Shown: one piece after another, positions 50,923 to 64,000 of the stretch
Numbering within the stretch: position 1 is the first letter of the stretch
How the letters are laid out: each line of letters begins with the position of its first letter
NCBI RefSeq assembly: GCF_018977255.1
Contig: NW_024704742.1
Location: 106,766,001 to 106,830,000, forward strand
Length of the DNA stretch: 64,000 nt
Reading direction: 5' to 3'
From: Callorhinchus milii
Taxonomy: Eukaryota
Program-made: the position numbers and the translations under genes
Notes under the pieces: generated by a model
Seen by the model: the letters and a program-made list of their open reading frames with translations, nothing else
The model's database searches: none
What the model was told of the DNA's origin: nothing

Positions 50923-52919
50923 AATAATTCAAACAGTTTGTTAAAATAAGAATAACATAAAAATCTATGTGCCATCCCACCCCCTATAGCCTTTTTAATA
51001 ATTAAAATCAATTAGCTGCACAAAAGTGCAGCTTACTCCTGGGTGAAGTAAGCATGTGCAGTCTGCAGGGCAGACCCGACCCAGAACTCAATCTTATACA
51101 GATAACGCTGCACAAACTAGAAGCAATATAACTGGCCTAAGTGTTCTTGGTATAAGGAGAAGATGTAAATGTGTGGTCTTTATCGAGGACCAGGTTTGGC
51201 CCGACTGTGTTGCTCCAATGTCTGCCGTCACTGACTGATGGGCCCAACATGAACAATGGTCACTGTGGCAATTTGTGGCCACTAACTGTATCTGTAGCTA
51301 GAGAATGTGTTTTTCAATATTGTCACACACACGCACATGCACACACATACATGTGAACCCACAGTTACTTTTGAGGTGGTTCTGGCACAAACCGATCTGC
51401 TCCCGCACTAAAAAAAGGTAGATTTCCTGATCGTCATGTCACCATCACCACTTCCTATGCGATGTGTAGAAAGGACTATTCATATCACTTCACAAAGGAA
51501 TTATGGCAGCGATGCTTCTTGCACATGTACAGCGCACAGGATGACATTAACATCAACTGAACAATCCGGAAGTCAGACATTTTTGCAAGCTCTATTTTAC
51601 TTCGTGAGCTGAGATATTGGAGCTAAACAACCACACTAATTGGAGTTTCCTGTATTTGCATATACAGTATAAATAAGCCTGTGACACTTGTATTGTTTCA
51701 AAATAGTGTATAAGATCATAAAAGGAAAAATATGTTTTTTTGCATTACTAGTAATCAGCAGTTAAGCAAAGTTAAACTAACTATATCAAAATGTGAACTA
51801 AAGTTAAATTTGCCAATGAATGAAAAATGACTCATAACCTTTAGTAATACTTGAATGGGTTTTTCCTTGTCTATCATTAGCCCTTTCAAAAAAAAATTCT
51901 GGATTCTATTTTTCTATTAACTGGTGTGTAAGTTCCTATTCCTCTTAGGTTTCTTCTCATTTTAAAATTCACTTTTATGTAACTTTTTTCTTCATTTAAT
52001 CTTAACTTTGTGATACTTAAAAGTCTCTTTCATGCAGGATCTAAGTTAAAATACCACCATTTTTTTTGATGTGCTAAACAAGCTAAGCTTGTTGGTTAAA
52101 GTCTGAGAGAATTAAACAGAAGCAAAATCATCAAACTAATTAATCCAGAGGAAATTTTACTGCTGCTTTTTGTCACCGTAATTATAATTATCATTAACCA
52201 AAAAGATGCAAGGAACTAGAATTATTATTAATCCACTTTTAAAATGGTCAAACGGTGGAATGGTTCAGTGGTACAAATTTTAATGGCTTTCCATAACACG
52301 GTATATAGAAATTGCTGACAGGTTTAATTATTTTTCATGCTCGTGATTTTTATGTTCTTTTTAGACCTTTCTTCTGAACCTTAACATGCACACAAATATC
52401 AGATCTGCAATCAGAGTGCAATTACACATTTGTGGAGAAAAATTGCACCTGGGTCTATATTTATCCAGTAATACAGAGGATCCAGAAATTGGCAAATAAC
52501 TTGCACTTAAATAACTTGCCTTAAAACATTTTTTTTTTTAAAAATTGTAAATATTTTATACAAAAATGATTGATGTAAATATCTGATAGGAATTGCTAAC
52601 TCTGATGCAGGATGCTAAATAAGTGAAACATATAATACCAATTAACTTTTAGATGTCCTCCCAACATGAAAGGCGCTTTACCAATGTAATTTTGTTGTTG
52701 TATTTTTTGTTGTTGGGTTCTTCAGCAATTGTATTATTTCAACTAAGTGCAATAATTCACTTCTTGACTCTTCATCTGTCATATCAGAATCTAATACCAA
52801 TAATCCTTGGATTTGATATAGCGCCTTATCACCTCTTCAAAACGTCTCAAAGCACTTCACAGAATATACGGTAAAGTGAATTGACTGCATATTTTATGGG
52901 CAAAGCTATTCTCTACCAA

Positions 52920-53290
52920 GACGAATTGGGGAGGAAGTGGCCAAAGGTGGCTGAAAGCATGGTTGAAAAGATGCCACTTAAGGAGGGTTTTGAAGGCGAG
53001 GAGGGACGGGAAGGCAGAAGATGGATGGATGAAAGCTTGCCCACCGATTGAGGGACAAATTGGGCTGGAGACATGAAGTATCGGGCCAGGCTGTGGAGGG
53101 ATTTGAAAGTGAGGACAAGCCTCTTGAATTTGATCCTCTGCGGTTGTGGAGCCAATGGAGCCAAATGAAGATGGAAGATAAGATCTGATGCAGGAGAAGA
53201 TGTGGGCTGCAGAGTTCCAGATGGTCTGCAGTTTTGTTATAGGGAGGAGCTGGGGAGGAGGGGCATCACACAGTTGAGCCTGGACATGCT
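52920..53290 (-). mobile_element. L2 LINE fragment
   Basis: LAPQPQRIKFKRLVLTFKSLHSLA, L2 ORF2 C-terminus. Confidence 0.75.
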
Positions 53291-55333
53291 GAAGAATCTA
53301 CTGATAAAGATTATTCCTCCTCCAAAAATGTCAAGAATTCTATTCTCTTTTCAAGATTATTCTATTTTGTTTAAAACAAGGTGGTATTTCAATGGTTTAC
53401 TCCCAACCTTAATATGTTTGGTCAGCCGGATGTCTGATACATGCGGAAACCCATTGCCATGCTAAAGATTATCCAAATCAGACTGAGGTCCACAAATACA
53501 TGTCACCTATGCATGGAAATTTCTATGTGTCTTGGATTGAAATGCATAAAGGTCAAGGTTTAGGCATCTCAGAGTGCTTTGAGAGTACTGCTGGAGTTTA
53601 ACCAGATAAAACTGCAAACCTTGCCATTGAGCCACTGTATGGTCTGTTATTAGCACAGGTTTCAGGTACCAGGAACTCACTGTGAACTTCTAAGTAAGCA
53701 GCACAACTCAGCATGACATACTTCAGATCAATGCCACCATCCTCCTGCCCACAGCTCAGACACACATCCCACTGAATGATGGCTCCACCAGCTCGAAGTG
53801 CAGAGATTAGGCAGGAGCTGCTTACATCTCTGCTAACCAATCAAGGTAGACACCAAACCCTGGATAGAATACGTGTGTGTTTATTAACCCAAACTTCAGG
53901 TAATGCCGTTCAGAAGCTGTCGTCCCAAACCTCGTAGTTTCCTCATCAGCTACTTGATGGATTTCTGCCTTCCGCATGGTAGAAGGACTAGGACAGCACA
54001 GCTTGTGAATTAACCTTGATGCTCTGGAGGTTCAATTCCAATCTTGTGTACCAGCCTTACTCAACGACACTCTGCTTAATCCAGGTTCTCACGTGAAGTC
54101 AAACAAACTGTAAAGCCAACCAAATTTGTAAAGCACCTTTCTTTGCTGTGAAAGATGCTAGTGCAAGATGTTGCTGTCGTTGAGTTCTGGAAATATTCAG
54201 GTTATGTATCTCATGGAGTCCTGTACCTTTGCGGTTAGAGCACTCTCCACGGAAGTGAGAGGACCCGGGTTTGATTCCCAGGGAGGGCGAAACGTTGGGC
54301 AAGTTTCCTTAATCTACACATCTCTGTTCACCTAGCAGTAAGTAGGAACCCGGTTGTTATCGATTGCCGGATCGTTTTTCCAGTGGTAATAATTAATCCC
54401 TTCAAAATAAATACATTAAAACATTTTTTGTTAAATGTGGGCACTTAATCCATGACTGTTTATGGGACACTGCTGTGGGCAATTGGCTGTCACGTTTCGC
54501 CCACACAATATACAGTCAGTCAATTCACTTTACAGTATATCCTGGATTTAGGATCATTTTCATTACAGAATCTTGCCACAGGTAGGAAAATGCCATAAAA
54601 TGGGGGAAACTGCAACATAAAAGCACCCCCTAAGAGAACAGAATATATACTTTGCAAATGTGTGGGTGAAAATTATTAAAATGTCTTTTTTTAATCTGAG
54701 AGAAAAAACGTTCAAAAATGTTTGTTTTTGCCATTTTGCTACCGATCATCTTTTCGTATTGTTCTATTCGCATACTTTCCTTACCTATTATGGCATCACC
54801 ATACTTTTAAGTATGCATTATCCGTACAAACATACAGACCAAAGGTTGTTGCATAAACAGAACTGATAGGATTTTGCTCTTTATTCAAATCTATATGTGG
54901 CTCATCCCCAGCACAAGGAAGATAAATTGCAGGATGATTAAATAACTGTATAGGGAATGAAAAATTCTAATGAGGTCACTTTGTAAGTAATGAGTTTTAC
55001 CTGCACAGCTTCAGACCAGTAATTGATTGATCGTTCATGAATTATTTATTGCAAACAACAGCACTTGTGCGAATGCATTCACTCCTTTCATGGAATGGAT
55101 GACGGCATCAAGTGAATATGAATGACTTGTTGTGTTACACCGGGAGTGGAATGAAATTAATAACATGTTATATTTAGGTATCAGAAAAAAATATATTTTA
55201 TCACAATACACTTTATAAGCATAAAATCCTTTTTTAATAAAATACCAATAGTCTACTGTTATGAATTCTAGGTCAGAGAACAGAAATTACCTTTTAAAGT
55301 ATAACATTTCCAAATTATGTGAATTGTACATAC

Positions 55334-55404
55334 CTTGATCAAGGACCACTCCTCCTCACGTTTTGGTTGCTGGAGTGCAACACTTTTATCTGCTGCTTCT
55401 TTAC
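55334..55404 (-). CDS. PAM: PAM coding exon, PHM C-terminal linker (apparent 1-nt deletion)
   Basis: ttctag|GKEAADKSVALQQPKREE(E)-VVLDQ|gtatgt, similar to human LLQQPKREEEEVLDQ. Length is 71 nt where a phase 1-1 exon needs 72. Confidence 0.9.
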
Positions 55405-55424
55405 CTAGAACATCAATTTACATT

Positions 55425-56130
55425 GATATAAGACATTTATCTTGGGAGAGCATCTCAAAGTGTTTCACACAGCTGACTGGAAGCCCGAGTGGTGGGGGAA
55501 GGGGGAAGGAGGAAGAGAGAGGTAACCGAAAGCACAATCAAAAGCAAAAGGCCTGAAGGCAGGATTTGAAGGCAGGGACAGAGAGAGGCAAAGGCACGTC
55601 AGAGGGTCTCCAGGATGGAGTTCCACAGAGCAGGGCAAAATGGCCGAAAGCTAGCACACCCAAGATGGGTGAATCTGGCGGGGAACACAAAGCCTGCCAG
55701 TGTTAAGAACGGAAGGGTAACCAGGGCAGGAGGGTCATGGGAGGTACAGAGTTACAGTGGTGCAAAACCCTGTGGAGGGATTGGAAAGTGAAGTCGTGTC
55801 TCAAACTTGATCTTTTGTAGGGAGGAGCTGGGTATCTGGCCTGGAGAGCGATCGCATAATTGAGCTCATATATGATTAAAGCTTGAATGAAGGTCTTGGC
55901 ACAACCCGGGGGGGTGCAGAGATAGTAGTGAAGGAAGGTGATGTTGTGGAAATGAGGGAAAGCTGAATGAATGAAAGTCTGGATGCAGGGTTTGAAAGAC
56001 AGTTGGGGCGTTGAACAAACCCTGAACCAGCTCCATTAGGTGGAGGAAACATCCATGTAAATTGATGTGGTCAGTGCCTGAGGTGAGAAGATGCTGACAA
56101 GAGAAAAGCAGGAGAGCCTTGGTCTTGAAA
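55425..56130 (-). mobile_element. L2 LINE fragment in the intron between two PAM exons
   Basis: Purine-rich plus strand; the reverse complement gives decayed KTKAL..HI..AFPHFHNI..KTFIQAL..FQSL..LWNSI..FKSCL. Confidence 0.65.
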
Positions 56131-56274
56131 GTAAGAACTCATCCAGGATGGCACTGCTATTCAAAGAGGTCTTTAAATTACTGTGATAGCGTCAATGTAT
56201 TAAGTGGACTGTGCTATAAAATGCATATGTAGCAGTTTGTAACAGAACGGTACCAATGCATTTGCTATAATCAC

Positions 56275-56456
56275 CTGGGTGATGTCCATGCATGGCCATA
56301 TCAGGGCTGACAGGAATCGGGATGTTTGCTTCTGGTGGAATATGTTTAAATAATTTTGGACTCCCATCCTTTGTGCAAAACATGTAAGGCTTGGCATACT
56401 GAGCGTCCATGTAATACATAATATACAAGTTGCACATTTCATCTTGAGATGTTCCT
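56275..56456 (-). CDS. PAM: PAM coding exon, end of PHM (copper monooxygenase) catalytic core
   Basis: Reads GTSQDEMCNLYIMYYMDAQYAKPYMFCTKDGSPKLFKHIPPEANIPIPVSPDMAMHGHHP, matching the PAM DEMCNLYIMYY motif (CuM Met ligand). Sites tttttacag| and |gtgatt, 182 nt. Upstream exons were not found in the window. Confidence 0.97.
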
Positions 56457-56839
56457 CTGTAAAAAAAAAGACAAAAGTAAGAGTTACTATTCAATAAGCT
56501 ATTTTATGACATTTGTGCTAAATGACAAATACTTCACATGAGATCAAGGACAGGTGTTTTCTCATTCCCTTTACCAGAGATATGTTGCAGGACAAAAGAA
56601 GAATGTTTGTCACATATGATGTATAATAATAATAATCCTTGCATTTGATATAACGCCTGATCACGTCTTCGAGATGTCTCAATGCGCTTCACAGTATATA
56701 CTGTAAAGTGTAGTGACTGTGTATTTTGTGGTCAATAATCTGAAAAAAAACAGATCATCAGAGTTCCCTCTTTCAGATATGCTATTGTGGAAAAGCAACA
56801 ACAACTTACATTCATATAGCATGCTTCACTTTGGGTAGC

Positions 56840-57570
56840 ATCTTGGAATGCTTAACAGTAGCAAACTTCCTGCAGCTGAATGTGGACAAGACGGAAGTCA
56901 TATTTCTTGGCTCTCTTCAACGACTTCACTCCTGCAGATCTAAACTCCTCAACCCTCCTGGGCTCTCCCTTAGACTCACTGAACCAGTGCGCAATCTGGA
57001 TGTCCAGTTCGACCCCCATCTGGTCCCTGTCCAGGATCGCCTTCCTCCACCTCTGCCACATTGCCCTCCTCCAACTGTACCTTAACCCAAATGCAGCTGA
57101 AACCCTCGTACATGTTTGTCACCTCCTGCCTTTTTTACTCAAACACATACCTCGCCGGTTTCCCCAGCTTACCTACTCAAAAAATCCAGCTCATTCAGAA
57201 CTCTGCCACCTGCATACACCAAACTCCGTACCCACATCACAGCAGTTTGGGCCAGTCTCCACTGGCTCCCCCATCATCAAACAGATCGACTACAAGATCC
57301 TCACACTTGTTTTCGCTCCCTGGCACCTCCCTACCTCTCTGACCTCCTCACTCCACCAGCCAGTGTTTCTGCTCAACTGGCACCGGCCTCCAGCTTGTCC
57401 CTTGCACCTTCCGGACCACCAATGGAGGTCGCACTTTCAGCCACTACGCCCAGAAATGCTGGAACACTCTCCCTTAATCCTTCTGCCTTACCCTCTCTCC
57501 CCTTTTTCAAGTCCCACCTGAAAACGTTCCTTTTCGACCATGCTCATGGTCACCTCTCCCACCCCCTTTA
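56840..57570 (+). mobile_element. L2 LINE fragment
   Basis: ANFLQLNVDKTEVI..VRNLDVQFD..LNPNAAETLVH..SLHWLP..FKSHLKTFLF. Confidence 0.85.
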
Positions 57571-58149
57571 ATTAGTTGGTGAATTTTTTTTCATTAGTTG
57601 CTGCTAAATAATGTGTGCCCTCAGGTGCCTGACTCGATTGGTAGCACTCTTGCCTCAGAGATTTCTCCTGGTGTCCATACAATCATCCAGATAAACTTAT
57701 CTCGATGATTGCTGTGGGATACTGATGAGAGCAAATTAGCTGTTACATTCGACTTCAAAGTACAGTAAATCTTGTGAGCACTTCAAAAATGTGAAAAACA
57801 TTATAAAAAATGTAAGGATTATTATAATTAAGTAATAGCGAAAAAGCCCAACTCACAATAAGCCTAAACAAGACCATTTCAGGTAAAATGTAATAAATTA
57901 TCTAGCATACTGAGCCTAACAAATTATATTAAGAAGAAAGTTTACATTAAATACTATGCAAATGATATAATCCCGAAAGGTACTGAAACCCTTGTGCTGA
58001 TTTCACTAGAAATTCTCCATAAATAAAATCAAAAGAATAAATGTACATTTTGAGGATATAATTAATTTTCTTTCTGGCTAATTTTCAGTAGGCATATTTG
58101 CTTTGTGAAAATATAGCAATGGACAACTAAATTGATAGCTGCAATTTAT

Positions 58150-58630
58150 AACAACAAGGCATGCATTTATATAGCACCCTTCACTCGAGGTTGCATCTTG
58201 GAGCGCTAAACAATGATGTAGGTCGACGCAGAGCTGGGAAAGAAGGTGAGGTAACCATAGGCGCAGTTGAAGAAGAAAATCTTCAGGTTTGATCTGTAGT
58301 CAGGCAAAAAGGTGGCAAAGCAAAGGAATTGAAACAGGGAGTTCCAAATGGTTGAGGCATAGTGATTCATAGAACAGCCAAAGATGGTGGAGCGTAGGCG
58401 TCAAGGGAGGTACAGAAGACTGGAGCCGAACTGAGCAAAGTGGTTAGATAGAGGAGTGGGGTATGATCAGGTTTGAGAGATAAAATCGATCTGTTCTACG
58501 ACAGGGAGCCAGTGGACCCTAGCAAGGTCTGGGATGATGGGGGTACAGAATTTGGTGGATGCAGGTGACAGAGTTTTTAATTAGTTGGACTAGCTGGATT
58601 AATTCAATTTGTTGAATTAAATTATCTGAG
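58150..58630 (-). mobile_element. L2 LINE 3' fragment
   Basis: Reverse tail acaacaa..catttatatagcaccctt..gagcgct and [22 protein letters not shown]. Confidence 0.65.
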
Positions 58631-61600
58631 GAGGAGTTACATAAACTAGGAATGTATATATTATAATAATAATAATCCTTGCATTTAATATAGCGCTTTT
58701 CACGTCTTCTAGACGTCTCAAAGCGCTTCACAGAACATACTGTAAAGTGATTTGACTCTATGTTTGTGGGCGAAATGCGGCAGCCAAATTGCGCACAGCA
58801 GTGTCCCACAAACAGTCGTAGATTGAAGTGAACAATTTATGATTGTTTTTTTCTTGAGAGATTATAATTAGGTGTGTGGAGTAAGGAAACTTGCCCAAGA
58901 TTTTGCCTTGCTGGGAATCGAACCCAGGTTTCTTGCTTGAGAGACGAGTGCTCTAACCACTGAGCTAGACTAATTTTACAGAATGGAGAATATGTGGAAT
59001 TGGTTACCCAGGGAGATAGTTGACATATGCATGAGCCAATTCATGAAGAAGAAGAAAGGAATTTGGTAAATAAATTAATTCAGAGGTTTAAAAGGTTTGC
59101 TGTATTAGTTTTCACTTTCACCTGATGGATCACAATGTTCTTTTCCTTCCCTGCATGTTCCTGTATTCTTACAAACCATTTTGATTTCCATTCATAGAAA
59201 TGCCGCAAATCCTCATCGTTAATTCTAATTATCCAACATTTACATTTTATTATTTTAAAAAAACTTTTTGTAAACACAAGGACTGAAGCACAAAAAAGAC
59301 TCATGCTAAGCATATAAATCAAAACAATAGTTCATACAAATATATATAGTACAATTAATAGTCCTTATATTTTGTATAGCACCTATTTATGCCATTGAAA
59401 CATCTCAAAGCCCCTTACAGGATTTTACTGTAAAGTGTAGTTACTATATAGTTATAGGCGAATATGGTAGCCAATTTGCACACAAAGAGCAAAGTGAATG
59501 GCCAATTTTATATGGAAGATTGTTGGCCAGGACACCGGGAACAGCTCCCTAATAGAAACAGCAGTAAAATTATTGAGCTGAGCAGAGAAAGTGTGGGTGA
59601 GATTGAGTCTGTGATAGAGTAAGTTTTGCTTGGTATATCAAAGAAAACTTGAGCTGAGTAATTTTTTCTTATTCCACAAATTCTTGCAAAGTGATCATGA
59701 AACTGTTCTACACATTTATGAGACTGTGTACTTTCTATAATCAATGAAACAAAACAGCTTCCAAATGAGAACAAATCACACAGAATAAGTTTATTGGCAC
59801 ATTTAATTGTATTTAAAGTTGTTTCTTCAGTCCCTTCCCTCACCCCAAAGAAAAACAGGACAAGTCTACGGATGATGTTTTTCTGATGGTACCTTAATTA
59901 CTTTTGATCTAGCAAACAACTTGAATTTCTCAAGCATATGTGGAAAGGCAGAATTTAAGTGAAACTTGTCCCCAGGGGTAGGAGAATACTTGAACAATTT
60001 GTGTGGAACAAATCCATCGAAAAAAACATCTGTTAAGTAAAAAAAACTAACAAACCGCTGAAATTGAGAACATGTACGGTGAAGTAACTTTTGGCTAGAA
60101 TATGCCCTTTGTCAGTCTCCCAAGCATTGAGTGGTATATATTGCCATAAAGCAACCATACTAATGAAGCAGATACCAGAGTACAATCTTGAACATGGCTA
60201 CTTAGAAACTGGAATAAATTAAATTCTCCAGCATTTATTCAACCAGAAACAAAACAGTCTGCATAAAAAGTGTGCAATAATTATCGCTCAGGGGCATTTT
60301 GCTAAAACATACATTGCTCAAACAACAGCTAGAAGGTATTTACTATCAGCAGATTCAAATCATCAATTATTAAAAGGAGTATATAAAAAAAATTGGCGTG
60401 TTAAAGAAAATTACAGCAGAAGCCGTGAAAGACAGATGGTGGAGAGGAAGAAATTCACAGCAGGATTCTAGGCATCAGTACACAAGAACAATTTAGCTGT
60501 TGTATTTAATTAATGTTTTCATCTCATGGATTTAGATTTTTTTTTACTATTTAACAGATGTGTTCAGGGGATTCTTTTACTTGCATCTGCCAAGCACTGG
60601 CATGTACAGGAGAGCTCCTACCTTTTGGGAGTAAGCTTCACTTAATTTATGGTTCTTCAATGTATCCCAATTTTAATTGGCAACTGTGGCACTGTAGCAA
60701 GTACCCATTAAAGCTGCGGAGGAAGATTGTTTATCTCTTGGTAAATACATCAAAGGTGTCTTTCAGTCTGGTGTCACACTGCATTAATTTATTCACCATG
60801 GCAATAATAATGACACAATGCATATCTTTAACCAATGCACAGGCATAGAGAAAGCCAGATTATTCATGCCAAGGAACCAGGCCTTTGCATGCCAAACTGA
60901 AATGCATCTAAACACTGGAAAGAAAGTAATGAGACACATCCTGTGATACCTACTCATACAACCATCAAGGACACCATGAACATTATTAAATAGTCAGGTG
61001 GACAAGGGTATTTCAACAACTCTCATAACCAGGTGCCAACTTGGCTCCGTTGGTAGCACACTTTCCTCTGAGTCAGAAGATTGTGGGTTCAAGTCCCATG
61101 TTGGGACTTTGAACTCACATTATCTAAGGCGACACTCCAATGCAGACCTGGGGGAGTTTTCTTGACAAAAGAATTCTTTTCATTTTGTAGTCTTTTGACA
61201 AACAAAGTCTCAAACAAAGAAAATGTTATTGTACACAGGAATTGTGACTCGTCACATGATTGATCAGTGACCATAACTACTATAAACCAATAGTGTGAAA
61301 TTAGTTTTGTGGAAGAAATCAACCTCATTTGCTATAAAAAACCTCCAAATATTAGTCATTTCATGATCGTCAATGCAAAACGACTGTTACAGATGTTGCT
61401 CATGATGATGGTGTCACTAGGAATATAATTAATTATCTCACTTGTGGATGATTCTGCCTGTACATCCCATGTGAATATTAATATTTGGATGACACTTCTA
61501 CATTCATTCAAATCCCACTTATTCAATCCAAAGAGTCTTGGCACCTATTACATGAATACTAAATAATTCTAAAACCAAAGGCATGAAACATTCTGCATGA

Positions 61601-62014
61601 CTAACTTGAGCTTTTTTGATTACCCTGCAAAAAATGAATTTTGTTTTTCTATTGAATTTTCTATGGAATTAAATTCTTGGTAAACATGCTTTAAAGAATG
61701 TTATAAACATTTTGACTGAAGCCGCAAAATTTGGACTATGCAATTTTTTAAGAGCAGAAACAAAAATCTGCAATTGATACCAATAATCTGACAAAAGTAA
61801 AATGTACAGAAAAAAATCATGCAGCAAGGATCACCCATCTTACAGTGGTTGCTTTCAGACAAAAATAAATTCATCATCAGACAGCCATCACTAGTGCATG
61901 CGTGCTTTTAGACTTTCTTTTACGTGGCAGATGTTATAAGATTGCAAGTTGTTGCTTTTGATGTAATCCTCTGTTTTTTTCGTGGTAGAGGAAGAAGAGA
62001 TTTAGATTGGAGAC

Positions 62015-62240
62015 TAGGAACAAGACAACTTGTTGAGGCAAATGCATAGATGTATTTAAGGGAAAGCTAGATAGATACATAAGGGAGAAAGGAATAGAAG
62101 GTTATGCTTGAAGGCTTAGTTGAGGAAGGGCAGGAGGAGGCTCATGTGGAGCATAAACACCGGCATAAACCAGTTGGGCCGAATAGCCTGTTTCTGTGCT
62201 GTTTATTCTAATGTAATGTATTCGATTGCATTCTAATGTA
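62015..62240 (+). mobile_element. CR1/HER1 LINE 3' end
   Basis: VEANA.DVFKGKLDRYIREKGIEGY plus ggaggaggctcatgtggagcataaacaccggc..ttgggccgaat..ctgtttctgtgctg tail, the same tail as 9803-9893. Confidence 0.85.
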
Positions 62241-63315
62241 ACTTCAACTTTTTCAATAAAAATCCCCAAAAAATTGGTTATTCAGAATAGAATGGAAATC
62301 AGGAGTTTCTAGGTTTTAATAGAAGAGATGTAGGGATAATCTGAAAACCTTTGCTTCATCAGCTTTAGTATCAGAGAGGAGATCCAAGGAACATATTTCA
62401 GGAGAAAGAGTGGGTCGGTAAAATCTACAATAAGATCAATTTTGTTTTCTCTCTGGTAGGATAGAGTCTAATGCACTGAATGACCTTTTCATTTTTCATA
62501 ATTTGTTTTGTTTTTATTATGTAACTTGCTAAATACAGCATCAATTTGACGGACTTCAAAAAGTTTTAAATTCAGTCAAGTGATTTTCTAATTGTAAAAC
62601 TAAAACTTATTATTTGCATGTTTTGTATATAGATTATATTCAACTTACTTTGTTGCAATTAAATAACTCTATCAATGTCCTAACGTGTATAGATCACACC
62701 TTTTCAGTAACAGGAAATCAATTTTGCATGCACTGAGAGTAACTGTGTGTTATCATCCATTTCAATCAATGTGCTCCATAAAATCAAAAGCTTGAAAATA
62801 GAGCACTCCTCAGTTATTAACCAGACACACAACTAAATGCTAAGGGTTTTATTGAAATAGCAGCATTAGCATAGGCTTGTGCGTGTTGTGCTATGTGTTA
62901 TTCATCTCCATGTGTGGAACCTGGTGCAGCATTTTGGAGAAAGAAAGATTGCTCTGTGTTTTCAGGCAGTAAATTCTGACCACACTCCAAGGGATTAGAT
63001 TTAAACTCATAAATAAGTACAGACTGAAGACAGATAACACTGCTCTATTCGGGAGCCCTACAGTGGTGGAATCAAAACACAGTCAATTTGGAATTGGTGA
63101 CTCTATAAATATATAGTGCACTCTATAATAATAGTAATAATAATCCTTGCATTTCATATAGCGCTTTATCATGTGGTTGAGACGTCTCAAAGCTCTTCAC
63201 AGAATATATTGTAAAGTGGAGTGACAGTGCATCTGTACAATTGGATGGAGTCAGGACTGTGGAGTCAAAGGACAGTGAGGTGAGAAGCTGTGGGATCATG
63301 TGGGCTGCACAGCAC

Positions 63316-63680
63316 GTTGGAGCGCACTAACAGAGTTGGAGCGCACTAACAGAGTTGGAGCGCACTAACAGAGTTGGAGCGCACTAACAGAGTTGGAGCG
63401 CACTAACAGAGTTGGAGCGCACTAACACAGTTGGAGCGCATTAACAGAGTTGGAGCGCACTAACAGAGTTGGAGCGCACTAACAGAGTTGGAGCGCACTA
63501 ACACAGTTGGAGCGCACTAACACAGTTGGAGCGCACTAACACAGTTGGAGCGCACTAACACAGTTGGAGCGCACTAACACAGTTGGAGCGCACTAACACA
63601 GTTGGAGCGCACTAACACAGTTGGAGCGCACTAACACAGTTGGAGTGCACTAACACAGTTGGAGCGCACTAACAGTTGGA
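63316..63680. repeat. Minisatellite, 19-bp unit GTTGGAGCGCACTAACA(G/C)A, about 19 copies
   Basis: Head-to-tail period 19 (63316, 63335, 63354...) with no spacers. Confidence 0.97.
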
Positions 63681-64000
63681 CCAGGGGGAGTCTACACACT
63701 GGCTCACAGAAATCTTTGGTCTGAGGAAATGTTTTAAAAATGTCCCTGGTTTTGGGCCCGATCCAGATAGGCTCGAATTCCAGATACCCTTATTTACCAG
63801 ACATATTTAGTATCCATTGGCTTCTGCAAGGGATAGAAAGCCTGAAAATAACAAACTCATGTGCAAAATGTTTCAAAGCTAATTGGTTTAGGAGTTGAGT
63901 GTGAGTTTGACTTCCGGATAGCAGAGTCTAGTAAGCTGGAGGGTTACTGTATACTATTGTTCGTAAACAGCAGCACATCTCCAAAATAATACTCACATTT

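Noticed and set aside
56880..57571. Longest ORFs in the track (213 and 151 aa)
   Set aside because: They are frameshifted L2 remnants.
63316..63680. CRISPR-like array
   Set aside because: Units are head-to-tail with no unique spacers, and the context is a eukaryotic intron.
56457..64000. Next upstream PAM exon (AFYPV..LAARCVFTGEG)
   Set aside because: I found no matching translation; it probably lies beyond the window.

Overview
Vertebrate nuclear DNA. The repeat content (DeuSINE/SacSINE1-like SINEs, HER1/CR1 tails, L2, Penelope) suggests a cartilaginous fish, possibly a holocephalan; this is inference. The main gene is the 3' two-thirds of PAM (peptidylglycine alpha-amidating monooxygenase) on the minus strand. 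It has 14 coding exons between 56456 and 14044, running from the end of the PHM domain through exon A, the PAL domain, the transmembrane helix and the cytosolic tail, all with canonical GT-AG sites. One exon (55334-55404) is 1 nt short and breaks the frame. A CpG-island promoter lies at about 2.7-4.5 kb. Between it and the PAM 3' end, where amniotes have GIN1 in the PPIP5K2-GIN1-PAM block, I read colinear, stop- and frameshift-riddled plus-strand fragments resembling the domesticated gypsy integrase GIN1. This candidate unitary pseudogene is the most interesting signal. The rest is intronic or intergenic and rich in mobile elements: nested SINE/LINE stacks, a TSD-flanked Penelope element with inverted pLTRs and degenerate hammerhead motifs, a hairpin MITE-like element, an RTE fragment, an unclassified ~300-bp family and a 19-bp minisatellite. 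All homology calls are by-eye comparisons with remembered proteins; no searches were run.
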